Shown here: positions 38,295 to 39,227 of the stretch, in pieces
Layout of the letters: each line of letters opens with the position of its first letter
How positions within the stretch are numbered: position 1 is the stretch's first letter
NCBI GenBank assembly: GCA_943354005.1
Contig: CALRBE010000008.1
Location: 1 to 39,227 of the forward strand
DNA: 39,227 nt
Reading direction: 5' to 3'
From: an uncultured Candidatus Saccharimonas sp.
Lineage (GTDB): Bacteria > Patescibacteriota > Saccharimonadia > Saccharimonadales > AWTP1-31
Made by a program: the position numbers and the translations under genes
Notes under the pieces: generated by a model
The model's input: the letters and a program-made list of their open reading frames with translations, nothing else
Told to the model about the DNA's origin: nothing
The model's database searches: none

Positions 38295-39227
38295 ATGGTC
38301 TACAAAAAAACTGGGCAATTTCAAGCCGACAAAAACAACTTAAAGCGTTTAGTTTTGAAATACGGGTATGCTGACTTTACCTTCACGGCCGTGGATAGTG
38401 GAATCGAAAATAGTACGTTTATTATCAAAAGCGATGATACTTTTGTATTACGTGTCTATAGATACGTAAAAAAAAGCGTTGACGACATTAATCGCGAAGT
38501 CGACTTCATGCAAAAGCTCCGTATTAATGGCCTATCAGTCCCACGCGTTCTGCCAAATACTTCAGGCAAATATATGTCCAATATAAATATCGGTCAAAAC
38601 CAATGGAGTGCAATTGCTATGGAGTATATAGCCGGGCATCATCCAGAAAGCTATAATGCAACAATTATTGATCAGCTCGCGGCCAGCCAAGCAGTAATGC
38701 ATCAGATCGGTATACAATATGCTCAGCAAACTAACGCAAATCCAGTTCTACAGCTTACACCAGGCGAGTTTACTGATCAAATTATTAATGAGGAAATCGT
38801 TAACTCACATGTTAAAGAACTTATTGGTCACGCACGCGCATACACCGTCATCCTAGACAATAGATTAGCATATGGCTATGTTCACAACGATTACGATATC
38901 GAAAACACACTTTTTGATGTCAATAATAAGCTAGTCGGTATATTGGACTTTGATGATTTAGTCGTCATGCCGGTGGTGGTATGTCTGGCGTTTAGCCTAT
39001 GGTCACTACTTTTTGAAACTAGTGATATGAAGCTTGTAACCCGTTATATCAATATGTATATAAAGACCAGACAACTTACAACTCACGAGCTGAGCTATAT
39101 TCCCCAGATTCTGCTTTTTCGTCACTATGCCATTACTACGCTTTTGGTACTGAGGGGTGAAATAGATGACGAAACCCTACAAACATGCCAAGAAGTGGAG
39201 TCGCTGTTGCTTACAATGATCGAACGT
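38295..39227 (+). CDS. APH-family phosphotransferase (type II homoserine kinase-like), 3'-truncated (not in the ORF track)
   Basis: Hand translation gives SGIENS, FVLRVY, VHNDYDIENTLF, GILDFDD; no stop seen before the window end. Confidence 0.85.
   Translation, partial: MVYKKTGQFQADKNNLKRLVLKYGYADFTFTAVDSGIENSTFIIKSDDTFVLRVYRYVKKSVDDINREVDFMQKLRINGLSVPRVLPNTSGKYMSNINIGQNQWSAIAMEYIAGHHPESYNATIIDQLAASQAVMHQIGIQYAQQTNANPVLQLTPGEFTDQIINEEIVNSHVKELIGHARAYTVILDNRLAYGYVHNDYDIENTLFDVNNKLVGILDFDDLVVMPVVVCLAFSLWSLLFETSDMKLVTRYINMYIKTRQLTTHELSYIPQILLFRHYAITTLLVLRGEIDDETLQTCQEVESLLLTMIER

Overview
Low-GC bacterial chromosomal segment, most likely a reduced-genome Patescibacteria/CPR organism (Saccharibacteria-like). 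This is inferred from the rpmF-nusB-NUDIX-rnc-rpsP-khpA-trmD order, compact genes and widespread -10 boxes directly before start codons. Positions ~1-9.4 kb are accessory-looking: CapA-like gene, two paralogous GNATs with a duplicated leader, two 2-hydroxyacid-dehydrogenase-fold proteins both lacking the catalytic His, a nucleoside phosphorylase, a divergent CCA/poly(A)-polymerase-like nucleotidyltransferase, a CruF-like protein and psd-pssA. The rest is mostly housekeeping: tRNA-Cys/Leu/Ala, ligA, murF-ddl, leuS, the translation cluster, sodC, a DEAD-box helicase, typA and a PIF1-like helicase. The best novelty candidate is a pair of unannotated, apparently stand-alone structured small RNAs (13.6 kb and 27.6 kb). 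Each has its own promoter and terminator, both carry the same AAAAACAAAAAC motif, and in both this motif is complementary to the terminator tail. No CRISPR array, integrase, transposase or rRNA was seen.
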